From positions 2,604,001-2,668,000 of the forward strand of contig CM030332.1 in NCBI GenBank assembly GCA_017654855.1: a stretch of 64,000 nucleotides of DNA, read 5' to 3'. Both the position numbers and the translations under genes were made by a program. Every line of letters begins with the position of its first letter. Position 1 is the stretch's first letter. Positions 37,403-49,218 of this stretch are shown here, in pieces. This stretch comes from Podospora anserina (lineage: Eukaryota). The notes beneath the pieces are model-generated. The model was not told the DNA's origin, ran no database searches, and saw only the letters and a list, made by a program, of their open reading frames with translations.

Positions 37403-40400
37403 GGTTGCGGCACAGAGGGCCGTTTAGACCCAGCAGCCGTGATATTGTCTCTGATGGGCGATGCCAGCGGTGGGAGAGACAGAGAGGTAGACGGTACAAA
37501 ACGGGGGTAGCGACGGCGGGGTGATGGCGGTTAAAATGATTTGGGTCGCGGGGAACGACTTATCGAGGTGGTCGGCGGCGTAGGTGCAACTCATGCGGGG
37601 AATACTGAATTGGCGGCGAGTCCAGGTGCAGTATGTGGATTACACGACCCTTTGAGCGATGGGAATGCGACGGGCGACGATGGGATGACAGGCGACAGGC
37701 GACAGGCGGATTGCAAGACGCACAGAGGCTCGGATGGTGTGGCCGAGTTGCGCAGATGTCGTCGTCGGGTAACGGCACCAGAGTTGTCGGGGAAGGCAAA
37801 AAAAGGGTCTTGCAAAAAGTTGAGTTGGACTGTAGTCGTCCAAAGGGGCCGAAACCGCCGTGCGTAGGGTCTAGGCGAAGCGGAGACGCGGGTGTATTGT
37901 GAGAAGAGCTTTGTTCAGCCCCTCGTCGTCCTGTTGGACTTGTGCGGCCTGGTGAAAGGGTGAGGCAGCAGTAAAGGACTCGGGCGTCTTTGAGGGTGGG
38001 AGTGGGAACAGGGAGGAGGAGACGTGAAGAGAGGAGGAGGATTGAGAAAATGGGGTAGTCTGGGGGGCCGGTCGGGTCGCCGAGGAGGGCAAGGGATCGA
38101 CGCTTCCCTGTCAATTCCCTGCACAACCGCCCTTTTTTTTAGTGGCAGTACGAAGAGTGATAGATAATACGGCGATAGATAGTGGTAGGGTGGTGGGCGA
38201 GCCGTTGTGCCGTTGTCTTGTCTCGAACAGAAGAGCTGAATGTTGAATGGATGGCTTCTCTACACCGACATGTCTTTCAGGTGGTGTCTGTCTACAGCAA
38301 GCACACTACAAGTACCTAGGGACCTCATGGATCCCGCCGTTCAAATCAAGAAATAGGTCCTAGCCACCTGTCAGACAGTAGCCTGGGCGGGCAGCTAAAA
38401 GAGACTGCTGCTCTGGCCTCGTCCTGACTCGGGACACGCCCAACCTGCCCACCTACTCACCCACTCTTCCCGAACTGTCGGTTCGCGTTGCTGTGCACTA
38501 ACAACCGTAGCGGCCCGACATTTACAACGTTCCCGTTTCTTCAGGCGTCGCCAGTTTGGGGTTTATCTGAACTATCTGATCTATCTGATGTCTCCGTGAC
38601 GCCTCCCCTACCCCCTTCTGTCTTGGTGGTGCAGGTGGTGCTTGTCCAAAGAGAGGTGAGTGCTCCGTTGCTAGAGACATGCAGCTGTGCCGTGTGAGCT
38701 TCCCCGCTCGGGGGTTGCAGATGGTGCGCGGTAGGGCCTCAGGCAACATGCATTTTCTCTGAGTGCCTGATGGGAAAGCGCGAAAGCTCGAGCGGCCTTT
38801 TTTTTCGCCTGATGAGTTCTCGCTTGCTTCGGACGCCACTGCGGGGCTCCAGACACAGGCGTGTCTCGCTGTGGCTCTATCTTTTGGGCGCTTCAAGCCT
38901 GTGTCTTCTTCGCCCACATCGTCACACGGAAATGCAGCGTTCCAAATGAAGGCCGGCACATGGTTCTCATGCTTCAGAGCTCATTGGTTTGACGCTTGAA
39001 GGTCCGTGAGAGTCTCACATCTCCATCCTAGCATCACTGCGGCGATATCCCACACCATCCATTACTCAATTCCGAATATTATCCGTCGTTTCGTTTCGCA
39101 TTCAGAAAACATTCCCATACCTATTCCAGCAACCAAGCAGCTTTCCAAGGCAATCTGATCGACAGGGTCGACCGACAGCTTCCCACCATGTACGGGGCAA
39201 GCCGTCCGTGGCCGCCAAAACCCCCGATCCTGAAAGGATTTGCATGCTCCTAGCGATCTCCTCCTGGTGAGTCTATCTTTTTTCACTTCCTCAAGCTGAT
39301 GCTTCAAGTCAAAGTCAATATCTTCAGGGCAGCATTCGAAGCGAATGTTCGCCAACCCCGCGGCCGCACTGATCAGTTATCTTCAGCCACTGACGTCATG
39401 GGGCACATGGGGAGTTTGCCTGAGGCGCATTGCCATCCCATTCTTTTGTCTCCTTGCTAGACCCTTACCGCCAACCCTGACAACAAAAATCCCAAAAAAC
39501 GAAAGGTAAAAGAGCCATGTGGCTCAAGCAACGTCAATGGCTTTATGGCCCCTATAATGACAGCTGAGATCGCACTGTTATTTGTTGAAAAACGCTTGCC
39601 AAGCAGCATGTCCATGGTCCATGGCACACATAAAACTGTCTCATTCTTTGCTTGGTAAGTCCACATATCACCTGATGCCCACAGCTGTTGAGACCTGAAA
39701 GTCCTGAAAAGGTGAAACAAAAGCTCCTTGGAGAATCCCAAGCATGTCTGTCGGATGAACCAGCCGATCGGCAAGGGGCTGACATCCCGTCAAGCCCATT
39801 ATACTGTCGTTCTCTCACCGCAGCTGGAATCCGTCCCTGGACCAGGCAGTTCTTTGCTCGTATAGGGGTTAACACCGGACGAATCACGGCCATATCCGAT
39901 ATCCCTTCTACCAAAACCTCTGGCACGTGATCAAGACATCACAGTGAATGTCCTCTGGATCTGATCAACCGTTCCGGGGTGTTGACAGAGGTGGAGGACG
40001 GCCAATGGCGGCACCCATATTCCACTTAGCAAGCGGAAGGGAAAAGGATTGACCGTCTGGTGCGTTTTATATCTCTGATGAAGGGCCATGAACGACCACA
40101 CAGTAGCTCTGTTCGATACCCCACGTGGGGTCCGACATGGCTCGGTTGTCCACAGACAACGGAGGAGAAGTTGCCTACGTGCATTGATCTGCACATGGAG
40201 TAACCGACGAACGAAAATGGCAATGCAAACCGCCCGCTCACCACCGGCTTTAGTAAAAATGTTCGACATGAATTCAGAAGGAGGCAGCCGGGTCTACATC
40301 AACACGTGGACCGGGGCCGGGAGCCGGGATTATTGTGGAAGACAAGGCCGGATCCATGAACCGGCGGTGGCAACCGCCAAGTCGGGTGGTCGGACAGCCG

Positions 40401-40649
40401 GCACCTCCAGGGAACTGAGAGACATTCTTTGTGTCTGGGCCTTTTTTTCTTCTCAGACCGAGACTTCCCGAGACAACTGTTTCGAGGTCTGGATTGCTTG
40501 TGGCAGGATGGGATCTTGCATGCAGGGATTGGTAGGAAGGAGGGGGGTTATCAGACTTCTAAGGCCGTTCAGGTATCCAGTTGCAAGCGACTACTCCAAG
40601 GAACCATTACTATTACCAGACCCAAGACCCAAAATATCGCCTTTGTCTG

Positions 40650-42220
40650 TCATACATGCGGTAACATTTCAACCCAAGCAGGACTGTAAAACACACCTAG
40701 AGGTGCGGCCCGTAAACTGATGAAGACCTCCACTACCAAAAACACGCGGGCGGCCAGCATCACAATTAGCATGGTGATACCGATTATGAAAGGAGTGATG
40801 AGAAGGGGCATAACCGCCTGGCCCAACACTGCGACTTCCTCATCCGAGTCGTAATGCTCTGGTTCGTCGCACCAGCTCCTTCCAAAGACACATGAAATCA
40901 CACCGAGAATCAGCCAAGAAAAAGCGGCTGCAAAGAGTGTGGCCAATATCAGAGCTGGTCCAGTAGATGCGATGATAATGGAGGACACCTTCCAGATAAC
41001 GGCCTCTTGAACAGTGGGAAATTCGAAGTTCCAAGCCGAAAGATGGACACCGCCGTAGGCCACAGGTAGGACGAGAGAGCTAAATACTGCTAACTTGTGA
41101 TGATAGACATAGGCCAGGGCTTCGAGGAGGAAGTCGAAGGGGTCTTTGGGTACGAGTTTGTGCTGAAAGTTGAGAATATTGCCATGGTTTCTATAGAAAA
41201 GCGAGTCTGTTTCTTTGGCCACTTTGGTGATAGTTTTCATGGCGTTTCGGTCTTTGACTTCGTAGGAGCCTTGGAGGTCAAGGGGTTTCTGATCACAGAT
41301 AAGCAATCTGAGTACAGCCACAAGGGCTACACGGGCAGCCAATAATGGTACCTTCGTCATGGGGTCGAAGATGACTTACATTAAACCAAAAGGCATACAT
41401 CAAAATTGCACAAACCACATGTACCATAATGTGCAGCTCCAACAGACTGAGTGGTAAGCCATATACCTTGCGCGCAGCACACTCAATAATCACCCAACTA
41501 ACTTGGATAACAACCAGCGATTTCTTGAAGAAGTCCGCCTTGCTCTGATACATTATGAAGGACCTTGGCAGCATCAGTGCTTTGACATCTTGATCTGCTA
41601 CCTCCTTTGCAAGATGGGCAGAGATGATACATGTGCGCATTTTGTGCCCTTCATCTATGTCGCTTTCTTGATGCCTCACTGTGAGCCCACCCATCGTTAC
41701 GAAGAAGGCATATTGCATATCGAAAACACACACTATTTGGTGTCAGCCTAGCTACCAACAATGGTGTGACATCCAAGGAGGTTTATGTATCAAATGCACA
41801 TTTCAGACTCACATGGTCGGTTATATATGCTTGGTCTTCGGAGTGAGCATCTGCTGTACTGCCAGTGTCCTTTCTTGTAGTCATCATCTTCTCATCGCAC
41901 TTTTCACATGGTGTCGGGTTGTACCATGGGAACACGGCTGGTAAGCTTGAAACGGGGTCTTGGTAGCTCCTGCCTGGAAAGTGGATGTCTGCAACAGTCG
42001 AAGTGTCGAAACTGACCGTTTCAGCTGTGATTATATCACCCAAGGTATCTGTTGTGGCATCATCAACGAGCTTTGTGTTGTCCTTTTGTTCCTCTTCTTT
42101 CTCGCGCAAATGTTTCAACAGTGCTCTTGCTTCGAAGAATTGAGAACAGGCTACGGTGGTAAGGTATGCATGTGCAAAAGTTATTATTTGGAAGTAGTTT
42201 TTGACGGATGGGAGATTCAC
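40650..42220 (-). pseudogene. Uncharacterised fungal multi-pass membrane protein family member, apparently disrupted and 5'-incomplete
   Basis: Family-like motifs SQFFEARAL, YAFFVTMGG, QSKADFFKKSLVVIQVSW, LPLSLLELH, WFN|KPLD (intron 41289-41379), YGGVHLSAWNFEFPT, RVFLVVE.FISLR; first intron phases do not match and there is no in-frame ATG ahead of the first motif. Confidence 0.6.
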
Positions 42221-43594
42221 TGATATCTTGAAAGCAAAGCCTGTTTTCTTGCGTGTCTCTCCTCAAGCCTACAGCTCAGCCCGCCGTACAGCCTCACCTT
42301 GTATGCTGCCTATGGCGACGTGGGGGCTATATCCGGTTCCCGGCATCCAATAGGCTGGCCGTCAAAATGTCTATTCAGGCCTCAGCATAGGTCGCCTGAC
42401 ATGCCGCGTAGTTCTCAAGTAAAAGTGCACTGCTGGTTTTTTTTGGAGGTATTCAACTTCTCAATCAGCACGCTGGCATCGGCCCATACCCGCTCGGCCT
42501 TGGATTTCATACCCCATCCTTGAATAGTTTCGGCTGGCTGCAGGTAGGAAAGCCCCTTTCCCAGCACCAAGGCTCGTCTGTGTACATGTCTCGATTTACG
42601 TGATACCGCAACGTGAGGGGTTGGGATGCACCACATGCGGTGATACAGATCGGGGGGGAAAGTCAGGGTCGATCCCTTCGTGCAGGTAAGTCAGCTGTCC
42701 AAGGTTGGTGGGATGGGATTCTCATCATACGAGGCTGCGTCTAGATAGATAGATCTCTCCCTCGGATGTCCAATGATGGATGACTATGGCACTTGGTAAT
42801 TTTGCTGGGGGGGTTTTGTGCTGTGATGTCGCCGCCAGTATCTTGACCCAAGTGAGAAGAATATTCTCAGTGACAAATGTGATGACACTGGATTGTGATA
42901 CTGTGAGGAAGGAATGTTCACATCAGATTGGATATTGGAATTGTCATTCTGCCATGGCTAATCTCCATGGGAATCTTTCGGGGCAGTAGGCTCACAGAAC
43001 AGTTCCAAGTGGCAGTGCTTGGGTCACCTGCTTCTGATCTGAGGGGGAAGCCAGTTCCACGGACACGGTGGTATCCGTACGTACCGGAGTCTATCTCAGG
43101 TTTGAGGATATATATTCGCGGCAAGGTTACCAGCGAAATCGGGATCAGACTGAGCGTAATCCCAACACCATGGTGCGGATTTGTTTTTCTTTAAGGTTGA
43201 CCTCGGGGACAATAAACCGCTCAAGCTTTTCGCCATGTGGTAATACTTGTATTACAGAATGAAAGATCACAGTGAGTACAATGACATCGACTAAGAACCA
43301 TCGGTCCTCTTTTGCGATATTTGTCCCACCGATTTCAGATTAGTGGTTGTCATGGCAGCGAACCCCCTATTCGTTCCAAGAACTTAAAAAGGGTTAGGGT
43401 TGTTGTACACTCAGCACAGCTTCACTTTTTACCGATAAGATAAGGAATTTCATCCCACCTTTGAGCTGCACACCAGCGCGCGCAATTGGATCGATTCGCC
43501 AGCCAGCCAAAAAGTTATTTTTCCTCTCTGGTCGCAAACCTTCCTCCTTCTTGATCAGCCCGCCGACTGATCGCACCAGCTAGCTAGCTAGTCG

Positions 43595-45207
43595 ATGGCT
43601 TTCAGGTCACTCAGCCACCACTCACGGATCCTGTCTCGACTGCTGCCAACCGTTTCCGTTCCCGCTGTTGCAAGAGTTACCGCCGCTGCCCCCACTACTA
43701 CTACATTTGCGATCAGGACGTCGAACCCCCTTCGAACGATGGCTTCGACGGCGGCAGAGGTTGCCATGCCACCAACCGAACCAGCTGTCACCATCCAAGA
43801 AACCACATCTCCCGCCAATGCTGTCGGGCGCACCCCCGAAGAAGCCGCCGCGGCAGAGAACACAGTAAAATGGTGCATCTCCTCCCTTCCCGAAGAGGTC
43901 CTCGCAAGGAGGGTGCCCATCCCCCCCAACGGCGTCGACTACAGAGGCAAGATTGTTCTCGCGCCAATGGTACGATCGGGGGAGCTGCCGGCCAGGTTGC
44001 TGGCGCTCAAGTACGGGGCTGATTTAGTATGGGGTATGTTCCCTCTCCCTTCCTTTCTTTACATTTCTTTGCTAACAAGGTGTGATTGATAAAACAGGCC
44101 CAGAAACAGTCGACCACTCCCTCATCGGCACCACCCGGCGAACCAACCCCCGAACCTCCTGCATCGAATGGACCCGCCCCCTCCCAAGCCCACAACAAAG
44201 CCGGTTACGACGAGAACGTCATCTTCCGGCTTGACCCAACAAGAGAAAAGGGAAAGCTGGTCTTCCAGATTGGAACCTCTGACCCGGATAGAGCGCTCGC
44301 GGCGGCGAGGCTGGTGGCGGGGGATGTGGCTGGGATAGACGTCAACGCCGGCTGTCCAAAACCTTTCTCTACCTCGGGCGGGATGGGCGCTGCGCTGTTG
44401 CAGACGCCGGATAAGCTTGTTGCCATCCTGGAGAATCTGACGAGGCATATCATCCCCGAATTTGGGATTGGGGTCTCGGTGAAGATTAGATTGCTGGAGA
44501 CACCGGAGAAGACGGAGGCGTTGGTTAGGAGGTTGGTGGGGACGGGGATCACGGGGTTGACGATCCACTGCCGGACTACGCCTATGCGACCGAGGGAACG
44601 GGCGATAAGGGGGCAGTTGAGGATGATTGGGTACATCTGTCGCGAGGCGGGGGTGGCGTGCGTGGTGAATGGGGATGTGGCGGACAGGCGGGATGGGTAT
44701 AAGCTCATGGAGGAGTTCAGGGTGGACGGGGCGATGATTGCGACGGCGGCGGAGAAGAATCCGAATGTGTTTTTGAAGGAGGGGGAGGAGAAGACAACGT
44801 GGGAGCAATATGCGAGGGAGCTGGTGAGGTTTGCGATGGAGGTGGAGAATAAGATGAGTAATACCAAGTTTACGCTCAGTCAGATTGTGCCGGGGCGGGA
44901 GCCGGTTTATAAGACCATGTGCGCGCAGGGGAAGAGTTATGAGGAGTTGGTTAAGGTGATGGGGTTTGAGGAGATGGTGGAGATGGCGAGGAGGACGGAT
45001 GAGGTATTGAGGTTGGGGGAGTGGGCGCCAAAGAAGGAGGGCAAGGGGAAGAAGGGGCAGCAGCAGCAGGTGAAGGGGAAGAATGAGAAGAAGAGGAAGA
45101 GTGAGGATGAGGTTGATGGAGCAAAGGAGGTCAAGAAAGAGAAGGTGGTGGTGGTTGCTGAGCCAGTTGCCCAACAGGACGGGCCTGCTCTTGCTCAGGC
45201 AGCGTAA
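43595..45207 (+). CDS. DUS2: tRNA-dihydrouridine synthase 2 (Dus2/Smm1); contains a +1 frameshift at 44177-44181
   Basis: LAPMVRSGELPARLLALKYGADLVW|GPETVD (intron 44034-44097), VFQIGT, GIDVNAGCPKPFSTSGGMGAALL, VSVKIR, LTIHCRT, VVNGDV. Confidence 0.92.
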
Positions 45208-45505
45208 ACTGAGTTGGTTGTGATTTGGAGATGGATATACCCCTTGTATTATATTTGAGTTATGGGCGAGCATGGTTGGTAGATATACAAAATAGACGGG
45301 CAGGCAGCATATGGAAAGGAAAATATAGATACGGTTTAGCGTTTGATCTCTTGCCTCGTGGAGATGGACAAATCCACGGACTTTGAACAGTAACCAAACC
45401 GATGAACAAATTATGAACTTTCCGCAATGGTTTCCATATTCACATCACACAACCCCATATGTATTCCCTTTCATCCCATCATGATTACGCATCCCCACCC
45501 CCACC

Positions 45506-47034
45506 CTAAACCCTCCTCCCCTGCGCCAACAACTCCGACACCTTCGGCGGCAACACCAACGCACTCCTGTCATTCCTCCTGTAAAAGTCCACCAGCGCCA
45601 CCGCCGTCTTCTCAGGCAAGTCCTCATGAATAAAGTGCCCCGCCTCAGGAAACACCTGGAGAGCATATTTCCCTATTTTTGTTTCTGTCAGCAACCATCA
45701 CCTCTCATTTCTCACGTATAGAAAGGTAAAACACACCCTGCATCTGCCCAATAGTCAACTCGGTATCCAACCTATCCGTCCCCGCCAAAAGCAACATCTT
45801 CCCCGCCCCCTTCCCCAACCCCGTCGCCCCTTGCCCCAAAAACTTCTTGCTCAATCCCACAAACCACCCTTGCCAAAACGGCTGGGTAGAACTAAGATCC
45901 GTCCGCCATTTCCACGGTTTTGACACCTTCGTTGAGGGTGGCTGTTGCTGTGGTTGTGTGGTTGTGGTGGTGGTATCGACTAATAAAGCAGGGACACTAA
46001 CCCTCGCACTGACGCTATTTCTTATTGTTCGTGACCTAACATGCCATTCTATGCCTTCCTTTAATGAATGAAACCCCTGTGGCCGGGTGCTGAGGTATGT
46101 CTGCATTGACTGCAAGGCGTCTAGGGCTGAGCCTTCGACAACATCGAGTACTGCGTATCCCAGTAGGGAAACTGAAGGGGGAAGAAGGGGTTGGTAGGCG
46201 AGTTCGGTGACGACGGCTCCGCCTAGAGAATGGCCTACTAGGATGAGAGGGGGAATGTCAGGCCAGGACATGGCTTTGGCCGTGAGGAGGATTGCATTGC
46301 AGAGGTCTTGGGATAGAGTACCGAGGGAGAGGTCGGTTGGTTCGTTGGGGCTGGGGGAGGTGATGGTTGTTAGGCCGTGGCCGCGGGCGTCGAGGGAGAG
46401 GATGCCGGCTGAGGGGAGACGTTTGCGAATTTCAGAGCCGAGGACGGCGAAGGAGAGGGCGGAGGAGCCGGCGCCGTGGTGGGTTACGAAGAGGGGGCCG
46501 CCGGTGGATGGTTTGGCTCCTGGTGCTGGGTTGTTGGTGGTTGAAGGGGTAGGGGGATCAGGGGAGGTGAGGTAGACGTGGTAGGTTATGGTCCCGTCTG
46601 TTGAGAGGAGGGAGAGTTCACGTTCAAAGTACGTTGTCCAGGGGATTGGGTCTAAGGACGAGCGGGTTGGAACTCTGAGGAGGGTGTTAATTAGAAGTTG
46701 ATATCAGAATGGGTGAGTTAGGGTGAACATACCCTTGTGGCCTTGCAAACAGAGCTCTACCCGGTGATGGGATTACTGTGCCTGTTGATGAGACTGAAGA
46801 TGCTGACGAGGAGTCGTCATCTTGTGGGTGGTTTGGAATAGATGAGAGAGATCCAAACTGGTCTTCATCTTCTTCATCCAGCTCATTGAAGTCGGGAAGA
46901 CCAACGGGTGGCTGTAATGTCGTTGCTGGGATTGGCATTGCCGTGGTCCCCATGGCTTGGCTTGGTGCGTAGGCGTGCGCTTGCATCGTGTTGGAAAGTC
47001 TTGCTTTTGCCCACTTCTTCTGCAACTCGCTCAT
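45506..47034 (-). CDS. PPE1: Protein phosphatase methylesterase 1 (PME-1), alpha/beta hydrolase
   Basis: MSELQKKWAKAR start; HHGAGSSALSF, LDARGHG, nucleophile GHSLGG, LDVVEGSA, LLAGTDRLDTELTIGQMQG|KY, GHFIHED; exons splice in frame. Confidence 0.96.
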
Positions 47035-49218
47035 GATCTGTCTCTTCCCAGACGGTTGATACAAGCCTTGTTCCCCTTCCACCTCCTCCTTCCTGGTGGG
47101 GTTTCCCTTGTATTCTTTTTTCTCGGCCGGGGCTTTGATGGTTCACGATGAATGGCGCCAAGCAAAAGAATGTCAAATCTCAGTGGTACAGACCGTCAGC
47201 AAGAATAGAAGTAGTCAATTTGATATCACACGACTCGATGTATCGTGTAACAGGCCGAGTTGGTCGTTGGTGTGGTTGCTTGATGATTGATCATTAGGTG
47301 CTGTTCATACAATTGGGAGAGTGAGGTCATTGGTTGTCAGCGCCCAAAGTTTGCGCACTGTGATGCCCCTCAGGCATGTGTGGGCAACCCCGTACCAAAG
47401 GCCCTCGTTTACAGTGCCAAAAGATTATGGAGTTACTGTCCTAGATGTGATCTCTTGATTCTTCAAATTTGAAGTTGCACAACATCTTTCCAACACCCCA
47501 ATCAAGTGTCTTTCGCCTCTATTTGTACACTTGACATTTCTTGTGTTCTTACTCAAGTCTTTTTCTGGAGAATGACGGTGTTACTCGATGGCTTTGTGGA
47601 ACTTGACCCAACTTTGAGGAAGAACATTTCGACTTTGACTCAACAGAGAAAGCAGCTCAAGCCAGCTCACATCTGAATATGAAGCACAGTTGGCCAACCG
47701 AAGTCGGTACCACCTACCCAAGCAGCGTTCAAGTCGATGCATTAATGCATGAATGATGGCTGTGCACGGGACAGGCGATCCCCTCTCTGGGTGCCCAGGG
47801 TTTCCCACTTCGGATGAAGTCGTATCGTTGGCTGAGATGTCAAAGTCTGATGCACTTTGGATTCGAGAATTCCTGCACTTTTGTTGTTCGCTGCGGGGTC
47901 AAGGGGTCAGAGGGGATCTCGGGGAGTACAGGCTATGATGCACAATACTTTTGTCGGGAGAAAGTAAGCAAAGGATTCTTTTTCCACGTGTTGAAACAAG
48001 CTGACCGTCTTGGGAATGCCTCTGGAGGAAGTTGTCAAGGGCAGACAACATGCCAGTTCACGAAGACATATGTCGTCCCAGGAATACCGCAGGGCTGTCG
48101 AATCTGCCACGCGCTTCCGTCAATATCAAGTCTTGAACACTACACTACCAGGACATGACAGCGGGTGTTGACATCAGTTCTTTTCGCCCACTTCAAAGTT
48201 TCATGCATCGTAAAAATGTACCAGAGACGCTATCGCTAAAACAACTTTCGGACTCCCACAGCCAATCGGTAGCCAATTGCCCGCCGCAGAGCCGCCCAAG
48301 AGGTTGCAAAGCACTGTGCAGGGGTCTTCCACCCAGCGCCCCTTTGCCGCTAAGGTTTCAGATGGCCTCCAGTCCTCGACCCGCACCCTCGGTTCTCCCC
48401 GTTCGCTCCCCTCCTTCGCCTCCTCCACAGCCCGTCGTCGAGGCCCAGGAGACCTCCGGAGTCAATCGACTGGTCAAGGGATCGCCGAATTGCTCGGGTG
48501 TTCGTGACGAGGCCAGTAGAACTTGACACCTGCCAGCAGGATGCAGTCCCATTCGACAACAGAACCTGTCAAGAATTCGCCCTGAAGCTAGGGATTGCTT
48601 TTGTCTGTTTTTTTTTGCCCATCGCCAGGGCAGCTTTCTCCAGTCCCGTTTCAGATACCCGCTGGGTCCCGTCTCCTTCATGTCTCCCCCCCCCTGTTGA
48701 TCCATTTTGATCCCTATCAACAAGCCGTCTCTCGCTTTTCCCTCTTTCTGGCCTTCTTTCGTTTCCCCATTTCTGGCTTTTTGGGCCAACAACCGTATAT
48801 CGACACTTGTGTTGAAAACAGCTTCACTTTCACAGTTCTCCCTCCTCGAGGGGCAACTTGTTTGCCCTCTTTCTTTCTTTTCTCCTCACCATCTTTTCAT
48901 TCTTTCCAGGTTGATCCTTGGCCAGTTATTTTGAATGCCTCTCTTTTAGACTACCACGATTTTCACTTCTTCGATTCTTAACTTATTCCGGACCGGTTTC
49001 GAGGAATTTACATATCAAACCCTATTGACTAGATCTCAGACGTGAAGGGGACGATATATCGAAGAAGAGAGAAGCAGTTGCGAACTGGACATTCAGCAAA
49101 ACTAGAAGGGCGGATAAGGAAGATATACCGACGACAGAGCACTCGCTGCACACGATTTTTCATTCGATCATTTGTACCAACATTTCATTAAACGACTTGA
49201 AAAGAAAAAAGGGAAACG

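Noticed and set aside
44122..45273. 383-aa minus-strand ORF rich in L/P/H
   Set aside because: Antisense to the G-rich half of DUS2; composition artefact
47500..48550. Short ORFs between PPE1 and the FLC-like gene
   Set aside because: No motif or consistent splice model; treated as divergent promoter region
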